DNA of 32,000 nucleotides, from contig NC_008513.1 in the NCBI RefSeq assembly GCF_000090965.1, forward strand, positions 30,001 through 62,000, in the 5' to 3' direction. Made by a program: the position numbers and the translations under genes. Shown one piece after another: positions 1-9,461 of this stretch (position 1 is the stretch's first letter; every line of letters begins with the position of its first letter). The DNA comes from Candidatus Saccharimonadota bacterium (lineage in GTDB: Bacteria > Pseudomonadota > Gammaproteobacteria > Enterobacterales > Enterobacteriaceae). Below the pieces are notes generated by a model, which saw nothing but the letters and a program-made list of their open reading frames with translations, did not search any database and was not told where the DNA came from.

Positions 1-153
1 TTTTTTAGGATCAATATTTAAATTAAATGCAGCATCAATGCTTTCAATAAATTTAGCAGATTTTTTGTTTTTTAATAGTTGAATTGCTTCTTTTATATTG
101 TATATTTTTTTATTTTTTTTATTAAAAGTATAATTTTTTTTTTTTTTTTTCAT
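1..153 (-). CDS. rplA: 50S ribosomal protein L1, first 51 codons (gene runs off the window start)
   Basis: Minus-strand ATG at 153-151, 2 nt after the rplK stop. Translation MKKKKKNYTFNKKKNKKIYNIKEAIQLLKNKKSAKFIESIDAAFNLNIDPKK aligns with the E. coli L1 N-terminus (..[31 protein letters not shown]..). Position matches rplK-rplA operon order. Confidence 0.88.
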   Translation of the reverse strand, partial: MKKKKKNYTFNKKNKKIYNIKEAIQLLKNKKSAKFIESIDAAFNLNIDPKK

Positions 154-155
154 AA

Positions 156-590
156 TTATTCCTGTATAACAGAAATGCCCATAGAACGTGCTGTTCCCTC
201 AATAGTTTTTACTATTTTATCTATATTTGATCCAGTCATATCAATCATTTTTTGTTTAGCAATATCATATATTTGTTTTTTTGTAATTTTTCCAATAATT
301 TCATGTTTTGGTTTTTTAGATCCGATTTTTATTCCTAAAGATTTTTTTAATAAAATTGAAGCTGGCGGAGTTTTAATAATAAAAGTAAAACTTTTATCAG
401 AATAAACAGTTATAAGTACTGGTACTGGCATTCCTTTTTCTTTTTGTAATGTTTGTGAATTAAAATTCTTACAAAATTCCATAATATTAACTCCTTTTTG
501 TCCTAAAGCTGGTCCTATTGGAGGACTAGGATTTGCCATTCCACATGGTATTTGTAATTTTATATATGATGTAATTTTTTTATTAATCAT
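156..590 (-). CDS. rplK: 50S ribosomal protein L11
   Basis: 144-aa [38 protein letters not shown] matches the L11 signature (E. coli [35 protein letters not shown]). Sits in nusG-rplK-rplA order. Confidence 0.97.
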   Translation of the reverse strand: MINKKITSYIKLQIPCGMANPSPPIGPALGQKGVNIMEFCKNFNSQTLQKEKGMPVPVLITVYSDKSFTFIIKTPPASILLKKSLGIKIGSKKPKHEIIGKITKKQIYDIAKQKMIDMTGSNIDKIVKTIEGTARSMGISVIQE

Positions 591-640
591 ATAATTCCTT
601 ATTTTATGTGATTATAGAAATATTTTTTATTAGATAGAAT

Positions 641-1183
641 TTAATATTTTTCAACTTGTCTAAAATCTAATTCAACAGGTGTTGAACGTCCAAATATTGA
701 TACAGAGACTTTGAGTCTGTTTTTTTCATAATCGATAGTTTCAACAATTCCGTTAAAATCTGAAAATGGACCATCATTTACTCGAACATTTTCTCCTGGT
801 TCAAATATTTTTTTTGGTCTAGGTTTATCACCAATTTTTTTAAGTTTATCTAAAATTAAATTAATTTCATGGTTGTTAACTGGAGTTGGTTGTTCAGAAG
901 AACTACCTATAAAACCTAATACTTTTGGTAAATTTTTAATTATATGCCAACTATAATTGTTCATTATCATATGAATTAAAATATATCCTGGAAAAAATTT
1001 ATAATCACTTTTTTTTCTTTTTCCCTTTTTTATTTCTATTACTTCTTCAGAAGGTATAATAACTTTTCCGAAAATTTCTTTCATTTTTTTTATTTTTTCA
1101 TTATTTATAATTGATTGTAATACTTGATTTTCAAATCCTGAAAATGTTTGAAGTACATACCATTTTTTTTTATTTATACACAA
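641..1183 (-). CDS. nusG: Transcription termination/antitermination factor NusG
   Basis: The ORF aligns end to end with E. coli NusG ([13 protein letters not shown]; KOW region [50 protein letters not shown]). The track start at 1210 is a TTG overlapping secE by 25 nt. I prefer the in-frame TTG at 1183-1181: it lies 2 nt after the secE stop, is preceded by GAGG at 1195-1192, and gives 180 aa (E. coli 181). The start codon remains uncertain. Confidence 0.93.
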   Translation of the reverse strand: MCINKKKWYVLQTFSGFENQVLQSIINNEKIKKMKEIFGKVIIPSEEVIEIKKGKRKKSDYKFFPGYILIHMIMNNYSWHIIKNLPKVLGFIGSSSEQPTPVNNHEINLILDKLKKIGDKPRPKKIFEPGENVRVNDGPFSDFNGIVETIDYEKNRLKVSVSIFGRSTPVELDFRQVEKY

Positions 1184-1185
1184 TT

Positions 1186-1578
1186 TTATAACCTCGGAGT
1201 AAGTACCCAAGATATTATTCTAAGTATAATTCCATCTAATAGCCATAAAAATATAGATGTTAAAATAGTTAGTAATAAAATTATTCCTGTTATTTTTAAA
1301 GTTTCTTTATAATTTGGCCAAATAATATGAGACAATTCTATTTTTATAGAATGTATAAATTTTAGAGTATGTTGACCGATATTAGTATTTATAAAAATAC
1401 TAACTATTAATATTAATAATGTACTAAAATATATTATCTTTGTTATTTTTAAAAATTTATAAACAAAAAAATAATAATTCACTATTATTGATAATATAAT
1501 TAAAAATATGCACAACCATTTTATTTTTTCAGCATGATTTATGTATATTTTATGTATATTCTGAATATGCATAATCAT
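1186..1578 (-). CDS. secE: Preprotein translocase subunit SecE
   Basis: 130-aa hydrophobic ORF. The C-terminal [41 protein letters not shown] matches E. coli SecE ([41 protein letters not shown]). Lies immediately upstream of nusG. Confidence 0.92.
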   Translation of the reverse strand: MIMHIQNIHKIYINHAEKIKWLCIFLIILSIIVNYYFFVYKFLKITKIIYFSTLLILIVSIFINTNIGQHTLKFIHSIKIELSHIIWPNYKETLKITGIILLLTILTSIFLWLLDGIILRIISWVLTPRL

Positions 1579-1769
1579 AAGATCTCTTATAAAATTTAAT
1601 TTTAAAAAACAATTGTATATAAAATTGTTTTTAAAAAAATAATATTATGAATTTTGAATTTTTATTTTTAGTTTATTTTAAATTAAAATATCAAAAATTG
1701 ATTTTTTTTTTTTGATGTATGTGTGATTTTCCGAAAAGAATAAAAAATTATATTATTAAACGATTTTAA

Positions 1770-1843
1770 TGCTGATACCTAGATTTGAACTAGGGACCTC
1801 ATCCATACCAAGGATGTGCTCTACCTAACTAAGCTATATCAGC
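1770..1843 (-). tRNA. thrT: tRNA-Thr (anticodon GGU)
   Basis: Reverse complement GCTGATATAGCTTAGTTAGGTAGAGCACATCCTTGGTATGGATGAGGTCCCTAGTTCAAATCTAGGTATCAGCA folds as a cloverleaf. It has a 7-bp acceptor stem, anticodon loop TTGGTAT and T-loop TTCAAAT. No genomic CCA follows. Confidence 0.93.
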
Positions 1844-1896
1844 TAAAAACTAAAAATATCTATAAAATAAAATAAATATAATTTTAAAAATTATAT

Positions 1897-1968
1897 AGCG
1901 GTCAGCGGGAATCGAACCCGCATCATTAGCTTGGAAGGCTAAGATAATATCCTTTATACGATGACCGC
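1897..1968 (-). tRNA. glyT: tRNA-Gly (anticodon UCC)
   Basis: Reverse complement GCGGTCATCGTATAAAGGATATTATCTTAGCCTTCCAAGCTAATGATGCGGGTTCGATTCCCGCTGACCGCT. Anticodon loop CTTCCAA, T-arm GCGGGTTCGATTCCCGC, discriminator U. No encoded CCA. Confidence 0.92.
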
Positions 1969-1980
1969 TTTAATTTGTAT

Positions 1981-2062
1981 TGGTGGGAGAAGGATTCGAA
2001 CCTTCGAAGTCAATGACGTCAGATTTACAGTCTGCTCCCTTTGGCCGCTCGGGAATCCCACC
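1981..2062 (-). tRNA. tyrU: tRNA-Tyr (anticodon GUA), long variable arm
   Basis: Reverse complement GGTGGGATTCCCGAGCGGCCAAAGGGAGCAGACTGTAAATCTGACGTCATTGACTTCGAAGGTTCGAATCCTTCTCCCACCA. Anticodon loop CTGTAAA, class II variable arm. The terminal CCA here is acceptor stem plus discriminator, not a CCA tail. Confidence 0.93.
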
Positions 2063-2072
2063 ATTTTTTTTT

Positions 2073-2145
<73 letters not shown>

Positions 2146-2538
2146 ATATTTGATTAATAAAAAAATTATAAAAGTAAAAGAAAAATTATTTAAACAAATA
2201 ATTTTTTAATTAAACTTAATAAATAAGTAAAAAATTTTATAGCTTTTAAAAACATATATTATTATTATATAAATAATAGTTAAATTTTAAATAAAATTTA
2301 AATATTATTTAAATTCCTAATTTTATTTTAAATAAATATTTTTTATTTTTTCATTATAGCATATATTTAATAAATATAAAATATATAAATTAATAAATAA
2401 ATACTTTTATATTTTTTTATAATAAAAAGTTATTTTTTTTAAAAAAATATAGATTTTTCATTTAAATGAAATATATTTTTTTATATTTTTTTCTTATATA
2501 ATATTATTTATATTAATTAATATAATTTGGATATATAT

Positions 2539-3420
2539 ATGGTTACAGAAATAAAAAATATTAAAAAATTATATACTGATAAAATATATAATTTAAAAAA
2601 TAAAATTAAAATATCTTTCGAAGTATTTCCTCCTGGAGATATATTTTTACAGAAGAAATTATTTAAATCTATTAAAATATTAAATCAATTTAATCCAGAA
2701 TTTTTTTCAGTTACTAATAGTACAAAAATTAATAGTTTTGATCAGACATTTTTTATTGTTAAAAAAATACGTGAATTAATTCATTGTACTGTTTTTGCTC
2801 ATTTTACTACTATAGGATGTAATGAATTAAAAATAGAAAAGATAGCACATCGATATTGGAATCATGGAATTAAAAATATTATTGCTTTAAGAGGTGATTT
2901 ACCTGTATTATATTCTAGAAAAATAATATATGCAGTAGATCTAATTAAATTATTAAATTCAATAAATAAATTTAAAATATTTGTTGCTGCTTATCCTGAA
3001 GGACATCCAGAGTCAAAAAATATTCAAGAAGATTTAAATAATTTAAGAAATAAATTAGATTTAGGAGTGAAACAAGCTATTACTCAATTTTTTTTTAATA
3101 TTGATAAATTTTTAAAATTTCGAGATACATGTTTTTCTTTAGGATTAAATGTAAATTTAATACCAGGTATTTTGCCTATTTTAAATTTTGAACAATTAAA
3201 AAAATTTTCTAATATGACAAATGTTGAAGTTCCAAAATGGATTTTAAATACTTTTCATAGACATAAAAATGATGAAAAAAAATGTATTTCTTGTAGTGTA
3301 TATATTATTATTGATTTAATTATAAAATTATATAATGAAGGAATTACACATTTTCATTTATATACATTAAATCAGCCCCATCTAATTTCTTTAATTTGCC
3401 AACGATTAGGTTTAGTATAA
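2539..3420 (+). CDS. metF: 5,10-methylenetetrahydrofolate reductase
   Basis: Aligns along its whole length with E. coli MetF (ISFEVFPP; IIALRGDLP; VAAYPEGHPES; AITQFFFN; IPGILPI; HFHLYTLN). The track ORF starts at a TTG at 2527. The ATG at 2539 gives the same N-terminal spacing as E. coli, so I prefer it. Confidence 0.9.
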   Translation: MVTEIKNIKKLYTDKIYNLKNKIKISFEVFPPGDIFLQKKLFKSIKILNQFNPEFFSVTNSTKINSFDQTFFIVKKIRELIHCTVFAHFTTIGCNELKIEKIAHRYWNHGIKNIIALRGDLPVLYSRKIIYAVDLIKLLNSINKFKIFVAAYPEGHPESKNIQEDLNNLRNKLDLGVKQAITQFFFNIDKFLKFRDTCFSLGLNVNLIPGILPILNFEQLKKFSNMTNVEVPKWILNTFHRHKNDEKKCISCSVYIIIDLIIKLYNEGITHFHLYTLNQPHLISLICQRLGLV

Positions 3421-3453
3421 TTTTTAAAAATATATAATATATATTTTTAAAAA
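3421..3453. terminator. Perfect 33-nt A/T-only palindrome directly after the metF stop (candidate weak terminator)
   Basis: tttttaaaaatatata-a-tatatatttttaaaaa forms 16-bp perfect arms (3421-3436 / 3438-3453). An all-A/T stem gives low predicted stability, and a chance occurrence in A/T-only DNA is not negligible. Confidence 0.25.
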
Positions 3454-3602
3454 TTAATAAAAATTAAAATAATATTTTAAAAAATTTCTTATTTTAATTG
3501 TTTTTTAATTTAATAATATTAATTTATAGTAAATAAATTTTTTAAATATTTTAGTAATAAATATTTTATAATTTAATATTATATATAATATAGGATTAAA
3601 TA

Positions 3603-4397
3603 ATGGGTGTTCCTTTAATTATAAAAATTGGTGGTATTTTTTTAAAAAATGATATTGCTATGAAACGTTTTTTTATAGAATTAAATAAGTATATTAAATT
3701 AAATGATCATCCTATTATACTTGTGAATGGTAAAAATAGTATTTTTACTAATGTTATTAAAAATAAGAATTTAAATAATAAAAAAAATAATTTTTTTTCA
3801 ATTAAAAATATTAATACTACAAATCTTTTATCTATTTTATTACCTAATATTGTAAATATACAGTTATTAGCGCAATCAAAAAATTATGATGTTCATGGAA
3901 ATTCTGTTTTATTACCAGATTTTTTTAATAATTTGATAAATATATCAAATTGTTATAGTGTAATTAAAAATTTTTTAAAATATAAAAAAGAAGAAATATT
4001 AAAATATATAAATTTTTTAAAAATGTTTTTTAAAAAGAAAATTATTCCTTTTATTTGTTCAATGGGTTTTGATAAAAAAGGTAATATTTTTAATATTAAT
4101 TCTGATATAGTATCAATGATTTTAACTATTATATTAAAAGGAAAATTGATTTTTTTAACAGATGTAAGTTCAGTTTTAAATAACAAAGGTCAACAAATTA
4201 AAAAAATTTATTCTAAAGAAATAGATTATTTTATTAAATCTGGAATTATTACTGATGGTATGATAATAAAAGTTCAATCTGCTTCTATAACATCTAAATT
4301 TTTAAAAAAACCAGTTAAAATATCAGGTTGGCATTATTCAGAAGATTTATTTAATTTATTTAATAATAAGTCTATTGGTACAAAAATTTATGAGTAA
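3603..4397 (+). CDS. argB: Acetylglutamate kinase homologue, strongly diverged (function uncertain)
   Basis: Collinear with E. coli ArgB (PLIIKIGG; FNINSD; LIFLTDVSSVLNNKGQQI; GIITDGMIIKV; GTKI). The HGGG loop reads NGKN and the R66 region is not conserved. Confidence 0.8.
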   Translation: MGVPLIIKIGGIFLKNDIAMKRFFIELNKYIKLNDHPIILVNGKNSIFTNVIKNKNLNNKKNNFFSIKNINTTNLLSILLPNIVNIQLLAQSKNYDVHGNSVLLPDFFNNLINISNCYSVIKNFLKYKKEEILKYINFLKMFFKKKIIPFICSMGFDKKGNIFNINSDIVSMILTIILKGKLIFLTDVSSVLNNKGQQIKKIYSKEIDYFIKSGIITDGMIIKVQSASITSKFLKKPVKISGWHYSEDLFNLFNNKSIGTKIYE

Positions 4398-4425
4398 AGA
4401 TAATATACAGGATAGGTTTTAAAAT

Positions 4426-5625
4426 ATGAAAAAAACTATTGTTTTAGCTTATTCAGGTGGTTTAGATACATCTGCTATTATACCTTGGATAAAAGATAAT
4501 TATAATTTTGATGTTGTAGCTTTTGTAGCAGATATTGGTCAATCAAAAAAAGATTTGTATAAAATTAAAGAAAAAGCAATTATTTCTGGTGCTTCTGATT
4601 GTTATATTTCGGACTTAAAAGATATTTTTGTAAAAAAATATGTTTTTCCTATGTTAAAAACTGGAGCTATTTATGAAGGAGAATATTTATTAGGCACAGC
4701 TATAGCACGTCCTTTAATTGCTAAAGCACAAGTAGATTATGCTAAAAAAATTAATGCAATAGGATTGTGTCATGGATCTACAGGAAAAGGGAATGATCAA
4801 GTTCGGTTTGAATTAGCTTATTCAGCATTAGCACCTTCTTTATTAGTAATTGCCCCTTGGAGAGAATGGAAATTTCAATCTAGAGAAGATTTATTAAAAT
4901 ATTTAAAAACAAAAAATATTGTTACAAATGTAAATAAGAAGAAAATTTATAGTAGAGATGAAAATATATTTCATGTATCTACGGAAGGTGGAATTTTAGA
5001 AGATCCTTGGAATCCTGCTAATGAAGATTGTTGGTTTTGGACAAAAAGTCCTTTAAACGCTCCTAATAAACCTAAAAAAATATCTTTAAAAATTGAAAAA
5101 GGTTGTGTTGTTTCTATAAACAATAAATTTTTTAATGAATTTAATTGTTTAAAGAGATTAAATAAAATAGGTGCAAAACATTCTATTGGTAGAATTGATA
5201 TTGTTGAAAATCGTCTTATTGGAATGAAATCTAGGGGATGTTATGAAACACCAGGTGGAACAATTATTTACAAAGCTTTAAGATCTTTAGAGCAATTAGT
5301 ATTTGATAGAGAATGTATGTATTGGAAAAATAAGATTGCTTTACAATTATCTTCGATTATTTATGATGGAAAATGGTTTACCCCAATTCGTAAATCTCTT
5401 CAAAAATCTTCTGATATATTATCAAGTAGTATATCTGGAAAAGTAGTAGTAGAATTGTATAAAGGATCGGTAAGAATATTACAAAAAAAATCATTAAATT
5501 CTTTATATTCAAAAAAATATGTTACTTTTGGAAAAGATAATGTATATAATCAAATAGACGCAAAAGGTTTTATTCGTTTGTTTTCTCTATCATCTCGTAT
5601 TCGAGCATTAAAAAATAAAAAATAA
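4426..5625 (+). CDS. argG: Argininosuccinate synthase
   Basis: 399-aa ORF with the AYSGGLDTS ATP-binding motif, HGSTGKGNDQVRFE, and IVENRLIGMKSRGCYETPGGT. AGGA lies upstream of the ATG. Confidence 0.96.
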   Translation: MKKTIVLAYSGGLDTSAIIPWIKDNYNFDVVAFVADIGQSKKDLYKIKEKAIISGASDCYISDLKDIFVKKYVFPMLKTGAIYEGEYLLGTAIARPLIAKAQVDYAKKINAIGLCHGSTGKGNDQVRFELAYSALAPSLLVIAPWREWKFQSREDLLKYLKTKNIVTNVNKKKIYSRDENIFHVSTEGGILEDPWNPANEDCWFWTKSPLNAPNKPKKISLKIEKGCVVSINNKFFNEFNCLKRLNKIGAKHSIGRIDIVENRLIGMKSRGCYETPGGTIIYKALRSLEQLVFDRECMYWKNKIALQLSSIIYDGKWFTPIRKSLQKSSDILSSSISGKVVVELYKGSVRILQKKSLNSLYSKKYVTFGKDNVYNQIDAKGFIRLFSLSSRIRALKNKK

Positions 5626-5657
5626 TACATAATTATATATTTTTTTGAGGTAAATAT

Positions 5658-7040
5658 ATGTCTTTATGGGGTGGAAGATTTACAAAAATCTCTAATACTG
5701 AATTTGATAGTTTTAATAATTCTTTACGTATAGATCATAGATTAATAAAAGATGATATTAAATCTTCAATTGCATGGTCAAAAATATTATTAGATGTACA
5801 AGTTTTAACTAAAAAAGAACAAAAAATTATAGAGAACACATTATTATCAATTTTAAAAAAAAATAAAAATAATTTTACTAAAATATTATCTTCAAATTCA
5901 GAGGATATTCATAGTTGGTTAGAAACTACTGTAATTAATACAATAGGTGATTTAGGAAAAAAATTATATACAGGTAGAAGTCGTAATGATCAAATTGCAA
6001 CAGATTTAAAGCTATGGTGTAAGAGAAAATCAAAAAAAATTTGTAGGAGAATTATTCAATTACAAAATGATTTTTTGGATAATGCATATTTACATATAAA
6101 TACTATTATTCCTGGATATACTCATTTGCAAAGAGCTCAACCTATTACATTTTCTTATTGGTGTTTAGCATATATTGAAATGTTAGAAAGAGATCGATTA
6201 CGAATTTTAAACTTGACTCAATTTTTGAATTCTTCTCCATTAGGATCCGGCGCTATATCAGGTACATCATGGGAAATTGATAGAAAAAAATTAGCTTTTT
6301 TTATGGGATTTTCAGAGATTACAAAAAATGCTTTAGATAGTGTTTCAGATAGAGATTTTATTTTGGATATTTTATCTGCTGCTGCTATTAGTATGATGCA
6401 TTTATCTAGATTTTCAGAAGATTTGATATTTTATAATTCAGGTGAAGCTAATTTTATTGAATTATCAGATTCTATTACATCTGGTTCATCATTAATGCCA
6501 CAAAAAAAGAACCCTGATATTTTAGAACTTATTAGAGCTAAATGCAGTAGTGTTTATGGTTCTTTATTTTCTATGTTTTCATTATTAAAAGGTTTACCAT
6601 TGTCTTATAATAAAGATTTTCAAGAAGATAAAAATCATTTATTTTCAGGATTAGATATTTGGGAAGATTGTTTAAAGATTAGTAGTTTAGTCTTAAAAAA
6701 TATTAAATTAAAAAAATCTAATTGTAAAAAATCAGCACAATTAGGTTATAGTAATGCAACAGAATTAGCTGAATATTTAGTTAAAAAAGGAATATCTTTT
6801 AGAGATTCTCATCATATTACTGGAAAAATTGTTATAGCATCAATTAAAAAAAATAAGTGTTTAGAAGAATTAGATTTATTATTTTTAAAAAAATATTGTT
6901 CAAAAATTGAATCTGATGTATATCAACATCTTTCATTAGAATCCTGTTTAAATAAAAAAAATTCTATTGGTGGTGTTTCTAATAAACAAATTAAGATTTC
7001 TTTAGATCAAGTAAAAAAACGTTTGAGTACATTTAAATAA
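5658..7040 (+). CDS. argH: Argininosuccinate lyase
   Basis: 460-aa ORF with LWGGRF, TGRSRNDQ, GYTHLQRAQP and the fumarate-lyase signature GSSLMPQKKNPD. GAGG lies upstream of the ATG. Confidence 0.96.
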   Translation: MSLWGGRFTKISNTEFDSFNNSLRIDHRLIKDDIKSSIAWSKILLDVQVLTKKEQKIIENTLLSILKKNKNNFTKILSSNSEDIHSWLETTVINTIGDLGKKLYTGRSRNDQIATDLKLWCKRKSKKICRRIIQLQNDFLDNAYLHINTIIPGYTHLQRAQPITFSYWCLAYIEMLERDRLRILNLTQFLNSSPLGSGAISGTSWEIDRKKLAFFMGFSEITKNALDSVSDRDFILDILSAAAISMMHLSRFSEDLIFYNSGEANFIELSDSITSGSSLMPQKKNPDILELIRAKCSSVYGSLFSMFSLLKGLPLSYNKDFQEDKNHLFSGLDIWEDCLKISSLVLKNIKLKKSNCKKSAQLGYSNATELAEYLVKKGISFRDSHHITGKIVIASIKKNKCLEELDLLFLKKYCSKIESDVYQHLSLESCLNKKNSIGGVSNKQIKISLDQVKKRLSTFK

Positions 7041-7091
7041 ATAAAATATATATTTATATAAGTAAAAATATATTTTTAAATAAATATATAT

Positions 7092-7132
7092 TTAATATCA
7101 CGCGATATATTATTAATATCGTGTGATATTAA
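7092..7132. terminator. Hairpin between convergent argH and rpoD (candidate intrinsic terminator)
   Basis: ttaatatcacgcgatat (7092-7108) pairs with atatcgtgtgatattaa (7116-7132) in a 17-bp stem with one G-U on the + transcript. The core is GC-containing and the loop is 7 nt. It is one of very few G/C-bearing elements in this spacer. Confidence 0.5.
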
Positions 7133-7242
7133 AATTATTAAATTTTGATAGAAAAAATTTATAAAGTAAAAATAAAAATATTTTTTGTGTTATACAAAAA
7201 TTTTTAATAAATTTTTGTATGAAAAAAAAATTTTTTTTTTCA

Positions 7243-7296
7243 TATTATTTTATATATATAATATATTTTATATATATAATATATTTTATATATATA
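7243..7296. repeat. About 3 copies of an 18-19-bp A/T tandem repeat
   Basis: atatattttatatatata occurs at 7261-7278 and 7279-7296, with a 19-nt variant copy just upstream. It is pure A/T low-complexity sequence. Confidence 0.6.
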
Positions 7297-7455
7297 AATT
7301 TTTTAGTTTAAATATGTTAAAATAAAAAGTGTATTTTTTTTATAAATTTTGTTAATTTTCATATTAAGGTTTTATTTGTATTAAAATTTTTTTTTATTAA
7401 ATATTTTTGTAAGAATTTATATATTTTGATATGTTTTTTAATTTTTATTTTATTT

Positions 7456-9297
7456 TTACGAATTATCTAAAAAACTTTTTAAAATTTCTGATCGACTAGG
7501 ATGTCGAAGTTTTCTTAAAGCTTTGGCTTCTATTTGTCGTATTCTTTCTCGTGTAACATCAAATTGTCTACCTACCTCTTCTAATGTATGATCAGTATTC
7601 ATATCGATTCCGAATCTCATTCGAAGTACTTTTGCTTCTCTATCTGTTAAACCTGATAATACATCATTTGTTATTGTTTTTAAACTTTCTGAAGTTGCAG
7701 ATTCTAATGGTAGTTCTAAATTTGTATCTTCAATAAAATCACCTAAATGTGTATCATCATCTTCTCCTATTGGAGTTTCCATAGATATAGGTTCTTTTGC
7801 TATTTTTAATACTTTTCTTATTTTTTCTTCAGAAATTAACATTTTTTCTGATAATTCTTCAGGAGTAGGTTCCCGCCCGATTTCTTGTAACATTTGTCTA
7901 GAAATTCTATTTAATTTATTAATTGTTTCAATCATATGTACTGGAATACGTATTGTTCTAGCCTGATCAGCAATAGATCGAGTAATAGCTTGTCGTATCC
8001 ACCATGTTGCATAGGTAGAAAATTTATATCCTCTTCTATATTCAAATTTATCTACTGCTTTCATTAATCCAATATTTCCTTCTTGAATTAAATCTAAAAA
8101 TTGTAATCCTCTATTTGTATATTTTTTTGCAATAGATATAACTAGTCTTAAGTTTGCTTCCACCATTTCTTTTTTTGCTCGTTTTGCTTTTTCTTCTCCT
8201 AATATGATACGTTTATTTATATCTTTAATTTGTGTGATTTTTAATTTTGTTTTTTTTTCTATTATTAATAATTTTTTTATTCTTTTTATAATTTCTTTTT
8301 TAATAAATTTTAATTTATATAACCATGATTTTTTTTTTTTTATAACAGAATAAAAATTTTTATAATTTTTTTTGTGTTTTTTAAAAAATTTCAAAAATTT
8401 TTTTTTAGGTATTTTACAAGTATGTACACATAAATTCATTATTTTTTTTTCTTGTAATGTTATTTTATGTATCTCATTTCTCATATTTGTTACTAAATAA
8501 TCAAATTGTTTTGGAGCTAATCTAAATTGTTTGAATATTTTTGATAGTTTATGAATAGCATTAATTGAATCTTTATGATTTCTTGGTTTATTTTGTATAA
8601 TATGATTTGTTATGTAATATTGTTTTTTTAATTGTGAAAATTTTTTTTTTGCTAAAATTGGATCAATATGATTATAATCATCTATTGTATCTTCATTTTT
8701 TTCTGCATTTAATGATTTTTTTTTATTATTATATAATTTTTTTGTTATAACTTCTTCTGTAAAAATTTTTTTTTTAGGCTTCTTTTTTTTATCTATAAAA
8801 CCTATAATCAATTCTGATAATTTAATATTTCCAAGTTTTACATGATGATATTGTTCTAATAAATACAAAATTGAAGTCGGATATTCAGAAACTGAAGACT
8901 GTACTTGATTAATTCCTTCTTCTATTCTTTTAGCTATACCAATTTCTCCTTCTCTTGTTAATAATTCTACAGTACCCATTTCTCTCATATACATTCTTAC
9001 CGGATCTGTTGTTCTACCAATTTCAGTTTCTACATTAGACAAAACTTGTGTAGCTGCTTCTACGGTATCTTCATCTGTATCAGTAGGAGCTTCATTAATT
9101 ATTAGTTCTTCTATTTCACGAACTTCTTCTACTATTTGAATACCCAGATCTTTTATCATTTGTATAATATTTTTAATTTGATCAGCATCAACAATATCAT
9201 TTGGTAAATGATCATGTACTTCTGAATATGTTAAATATCCTTGTTCTTTTCCATGAGAGACTAATAATTTTAATTGTGATTTTGGTTTTTTTTTCAT
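7456..9297 (-). CDS. rpoD: RNA polymerase sigma-70 factor RpoD
   Basis: 613-aa ORF. Conserved regions 1.2 ([11 protein letters not shown]), 2 ([58 protein letters not shown]), 3 and 4 ([30 protein letters not shown]) are present. It is the last gene of rpsU-dnaG-rpoD. Confidence 0.98.
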   Translation of the reverse strand: MKKKPKSQLKLLVSHGKEQGYLTYSEVHDHLPNDIVDADQIKNIIQMIKDLGIQIVEEVREIEELIINEAPTDTDEDTVEAATQVLSNVETEIGRTTDPVRMYMREMGTVELLTREGEIGIAKRIEEGINQVQSSVSEYPTSILYLLEQYHHVKLGNIKLSELIIGFIDKKKKPKKKIFTEEVITKKLYNNKKKSLNAEKNEDTIDDYNHIDPILAKKKFSQLKKQYYITNHIIQNKPRNHKDSINAIHKLSKIFKQFRLAPKQFDYLVTNMRNEIHKITLQEKKIMNLCVHTCKIPKKKFLKFFKKHKKNYKNFYSVIKKKKSWLYKLKFIKKEIIKRIKKLLIIEKKTKLKITQIKDINKRIILGEEKAKRAKKEMVEANLRLVISIAKKYTNRGLQFLDLIQEGNIGLMKAVDKFEYRRGYKFSTYATWWIRQAITRSIADQARTIRIPVHMIETINKLNRISRQMLQEIGREPTPEELSEKMLISEEKIRKVLKIAKEPISMETPIGEDDDTHLGDFIEDTNLELPLESATSESLKTITNDVLSGLTDREAKVLRMRFGIDMNTDHTLEEVGRQFDVTRERIRQIEAKALRKLRHPSRSEILKSFLDNS

Positions 9298-9461
9298 AAG
9301 ATAATATCCATTTTATTATTTAATCTATTTTATAAATTATGATATACATTTATTTAAAATTATAAAAGTAATTTTATTAAAAATTATAATATGTATATTT
9401 TTTATAAATAAATAATAATTCACCTTATTTTATGGATGTTAATGTATAAAATATAAATTTT

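Noticed and set aside
79-405. 108-aa + strand ORF (phenylalanine/isoleucine-rich, membrane-like)
   Set aside because: It is entirely antisense to rplA/rplK, whose translations match ribosomal proteins L1/L11. The hydrophobic composition is what the reverse complement of AAA/AAT-rich coding sequence produces.
1579-1769. Absence of tufB between thrT and secE (E. coli has thrU-tyrU-glyT-thrT-tufB-secE)
   Set aside because: It is a real difference from E. coli, but a single tuf copy located elsewhere is ordinary for reduced gammaproteobacterial genomes. The 191-bp spacer shows no remnant I can recognise.
2146-2526. Promoter, MetJ-box or ArgR-box calls in the thrU/metF and metF/argB spacers
   Set aside because: TATAAT-like and TTGACA-like words occur everywhere in about 95% A/T DNA, so they have no discriminating power. 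No AGACGTCT-like MetJ boxes or TGAAT..ATTCA ARG boxes were seen.
3953-4186. 77-aa minus-strand ORF
   Set aside because: Antisense within argB, with no recognisable motifs. It is a low-complexity artefact of A/T-rich DNA.
7243-7296. Tandem repeat considered as a CRISPR-like array
   Set aside because: The units are directly abutting with no spacers, are pure A/T, and have no cas genes nearby. It is a slippage-type minisatellite.
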